A stretch of DNA of 33,112 bases from Folioceros fuciformis (Eukaryota). This document shows positions 32,765 through 33,112 of this stretch, piece after piece. The stretch is taken from NCBI GenBank assembly GCA_049999805.1, contig JBNGIO010005796.1:1-33112 (forward strand), read 5' to 3'. Positions within the stretch are counted from its first letter, which is position 1; each line of letters opens with the position of its first letter. The translations under genes and the position numbers were made by a program. Below the pieces are notes generated by a model, which had not been told where the DNA came from, did not search any database, and was given only the letters and a program-made list of their open reading frames with translations.

Positions 32765-33112
32765 TCACCATCTGTACTTGGTGAATTTCAATGATTCAGG
32801 CGTCATTTGAGTGAGTTTCCTAAACACGCCGACCATTTGATACATCTCCTCGTCCGGCTCTCCAGGCTCATCTCCGAATGCAATTTTTTCTGCCTCCTCC
32901 TCCTCGGGTCCCTCACTAGTACTCTGGGCGCTGCGCGCCTTCTTCTGGCTAACCGAGTCCTCGGATGAAGACGGTACCACCCCGCCAAGTCGCTTCCCCA
33001 GTGTACCACAGCCGGGCCCGGCACCATTTGCAAGTCCTTCCATCACCGGGACCCGGACAGCCGTGTGTCCCATTTCAGGAAAGTGCTCAGTCTCCCACCG
33101 GGCATTCTCGTG
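32765..33112 (-). CDS. Partial: 3' end of an unidentified gene entering from the right edge
   Basis: Frame open from the window edge (HENARWETEHFPEMG...) to TGA at 32765. Bipartite-NLS-like KR-x14-KKAR, an acidic tract, and a compact C-terminus FRKLTQMTPESLKFTKYRW. Confidence 0.55.
   Translation of the reverse strand, partial: HENARWETEHFPEMGHTAVRVPVMEGLANGAGPGCGTLGKRLGGVVPSSSEDSVSQKKARSAQSTSEGPEEEEAEKIAFGDEPGEPDEEMYQMVGVFRKLTQMTPESLKFTKYRW

Overview
Eukaryotic land-plant genomic DNA, probably a seed-free plant such as a fern or lycophyte (inferred from short GT-AG introns, the ACOS5-type gene and the CRE-like element). It has four complete spliced genes: a UPL5-type ubiquitin-like+HECT E3 ligase (+, ~6602-10637), an ACOS5-type acyl-CoA synthetase (-, 13559-11009, 9 exons), COG5 (-, 29460-26646) and an unusually intron-poor sphingosine-1-phosphate lyase/DPL1 (+, 30595-32343). 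There are also two partial unidentified genes: small exons at 5966-5486 (-) running into repeat-like DNA, and a 3' exon at the right edge. A nested transposon complex lies between ACOS5 and COG5. Its outer layer is a DNA transposon (~14039-23360) with ~154-bp terminal inverted repeats, an 8-bp target-site duplication and a decayed, intron-containing SWIM/MULE-type transposase. That transposase resembles the plant 'SWIM zinc finger' family usually annotated as host genes. A full-length Ty1/copia element (14851-21293; LTRs, PBS, PPT, 5-bp TSD) has inserted into the transposase and carries a ~1.1-kb tandem duplication of RT-RNaseH. A fragment of a restriction-like-endonuclease (CRE-like) non-LTR retroelement is at 25280-25948. 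All family assignments rest on motif recognition by eye; no searches were run, and identity values are hand counts.
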